A DNA stretch of 64,000 bases. Source: Octopus vulgaris. Lineage: Eukaryota. The position numbers and the translations under genes were made by a program. How positions within the stretch are numbered: position 1 is the stretch's first letter; the number at the start of each line of letters is the position of its first letter. Shown piece by piece: positions 62,915 to 64,000 of this stretch. The notes beneath the pieces were generated by a model. That model was given only the letters and a program-made list of their open reading frames with translations, did not search any database and was not told the origin of the DNA. The stretch lies in NCBI GenBank assembly GCA_951406725.2, contig OX597817.1:93248001-93312000 (forward strand). The letters are read 5' to 3'.

Positions 62915-63083
62915 TTAAAACTCATCATGATTCCGTAACCGGGAGTGAATCGGTAGAGCTGGTTTGATAAAAATACCTTCACCTGCCTGCCAATAATTCT
63001 TTTCATTAGGATGATCATGAGCGCTGACCTCACGCTGACCTTGGATTGGTCGGCCATATACATCACCATTTACATGGAGATAG
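62915..63083 (-). CDS. SDF2: SDF2/SDF2L1-family gene, last coding exon (YLHVNGDVYGRPIQGQREVSAHDHPNEKNYWQAGEGIFIKPALPIHSRLRNHDEF*)
   Basis: TTTTCAG acceptor. YGRPIQGQREV and W.A.EGIFIKP match the last MIR domain of SDF2/SDF2L1. HDEL-like terminus. Upstream exons lie outside the window. Confidence 0.92.
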
Positions 63084-63574
63084 CTGAAAAATATTAAATG
63101 ACCATGAATCTTAGAAAAAAAATTCTAGAAAATGAACAATAGTTAAAGAAGCAATATGTAATTTTATTTGTACTGTAGCTCTTTGACAAGTGATATGGTA
63201 GACAATCATGGAAAAACAATTATTTAACTAATTCATAACCATATTTCTGATAATTTAAGCATGCAAATGGTATATGTGGGTGTGCAGAGGGTGGCACTTA
63301 AGTTCAGTCACACTGCACAGCATCTTGGGCAAGTGTCTTCTACAACAAACCAAAGAAGGCCACTGTCTTGTGTAGGAAACTCCTCAAATAGATGTCTGTG
63401 TGAATGTTGATAACTTACAGCTTCACTTGAGTGAAACAATGAGTAATGTTAACATACCTTGCTGACATTATGATCAGATGTTCTGTGCATTCAAAGAACT
63501 AGGGAATAAAAAACCCTTTATAAAATAGGCTGGCAACAGGAAGAGCATCTGGCTGTAAAATCTTGTCTCATCCC

Positions 63575-64000
63575 ATAAGTAATGTCTGGATTTTAAGTGA
63601 GGGAAACAAGTGATCAAATCTTACATTTTAATGAAACTTAATTGTCAATATAGTTTCCATGATTAACTATGACATCTTTCCATCTATTCGTAAGCTTTTT
63701 AATCCCATTAGTGAAAAACTCTTTCAGTTTTGAAGAGAAGAACTCTGAAAGGTCACTTTTAACTTCTTCAGCTGTTTCGAGAGTTAATCCATCCAAATGA
63801 TTCTGTAAACTATGGAACAAAATGATAATCTGAAGGAGCAAAGTCTGGGGAGTAAGGCAGATAGCAATTTTCTCTCAGCCAAGTGCCTTAATTTTCTGTG
63901 ACGTGATCTTGCATCGTCCTGACAATACACCACACCATTTTGATTCACTAAAGCAGACCTTTTTTCTCTTCAAAGCAGCATTCAAACACTAACTACTGAC
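63575..64000 (-). mobile_element. Mariner transposase C-terminal remnant in the SDF2 intron
   Basis: LFHSLQNHLDG...EFFTNGIKKLTNRWKDVIVNHGNY. Confidence 0.85.

Noticed and set aside
62851-63069. 72-aa minus-strand ORF from the track
   Set aside because: Wrong frame. The SDF2 exon is read in a different frame from the splice acceptor at 63083.

Overview
AT-rich, repeat-dense animal genomic DNA. The SINE and LINE repertoire looks like an octopus or other coleoid cephalopod (inference). Two convergent host genes are hidden from the ORF track. One is a complete four-exon TMEM254-like gene (+; 14499-14594, 21210-21310, 27508-27567, 41752-41860; 121 aa). The other is the last coding exon of an SDF2/SDF2L1-family gene (-; 62915-63083), which ends in HDEF. 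Most long ORFs are retrotransposon remnants (RTE, Tx1/L1, R4/Dong-like, Gypsy), plus one CR1 with an uninterrupted 921-aa ORF2, alongside mariner/Tc1, Helitron and MITE fossils and tRNA-derived SINEs. The most interesting signal lies between the two gene ends (46.7-59.4 kb). It holds eight type I hammerhead-ribozyme motifs from at least four non-coding repeat families, all next to (TA)n tracts. These include a ~560-nt head-to-tail repeat with one hammerhead per unit plus an inversion, and a related ~600-nt circularly permuted family with compensatory base changes. This architecture fits retrozyme-like or Penelope-dependent circular-RNA elements. All structures were read by eye; nothing was folded, aligned or searched.
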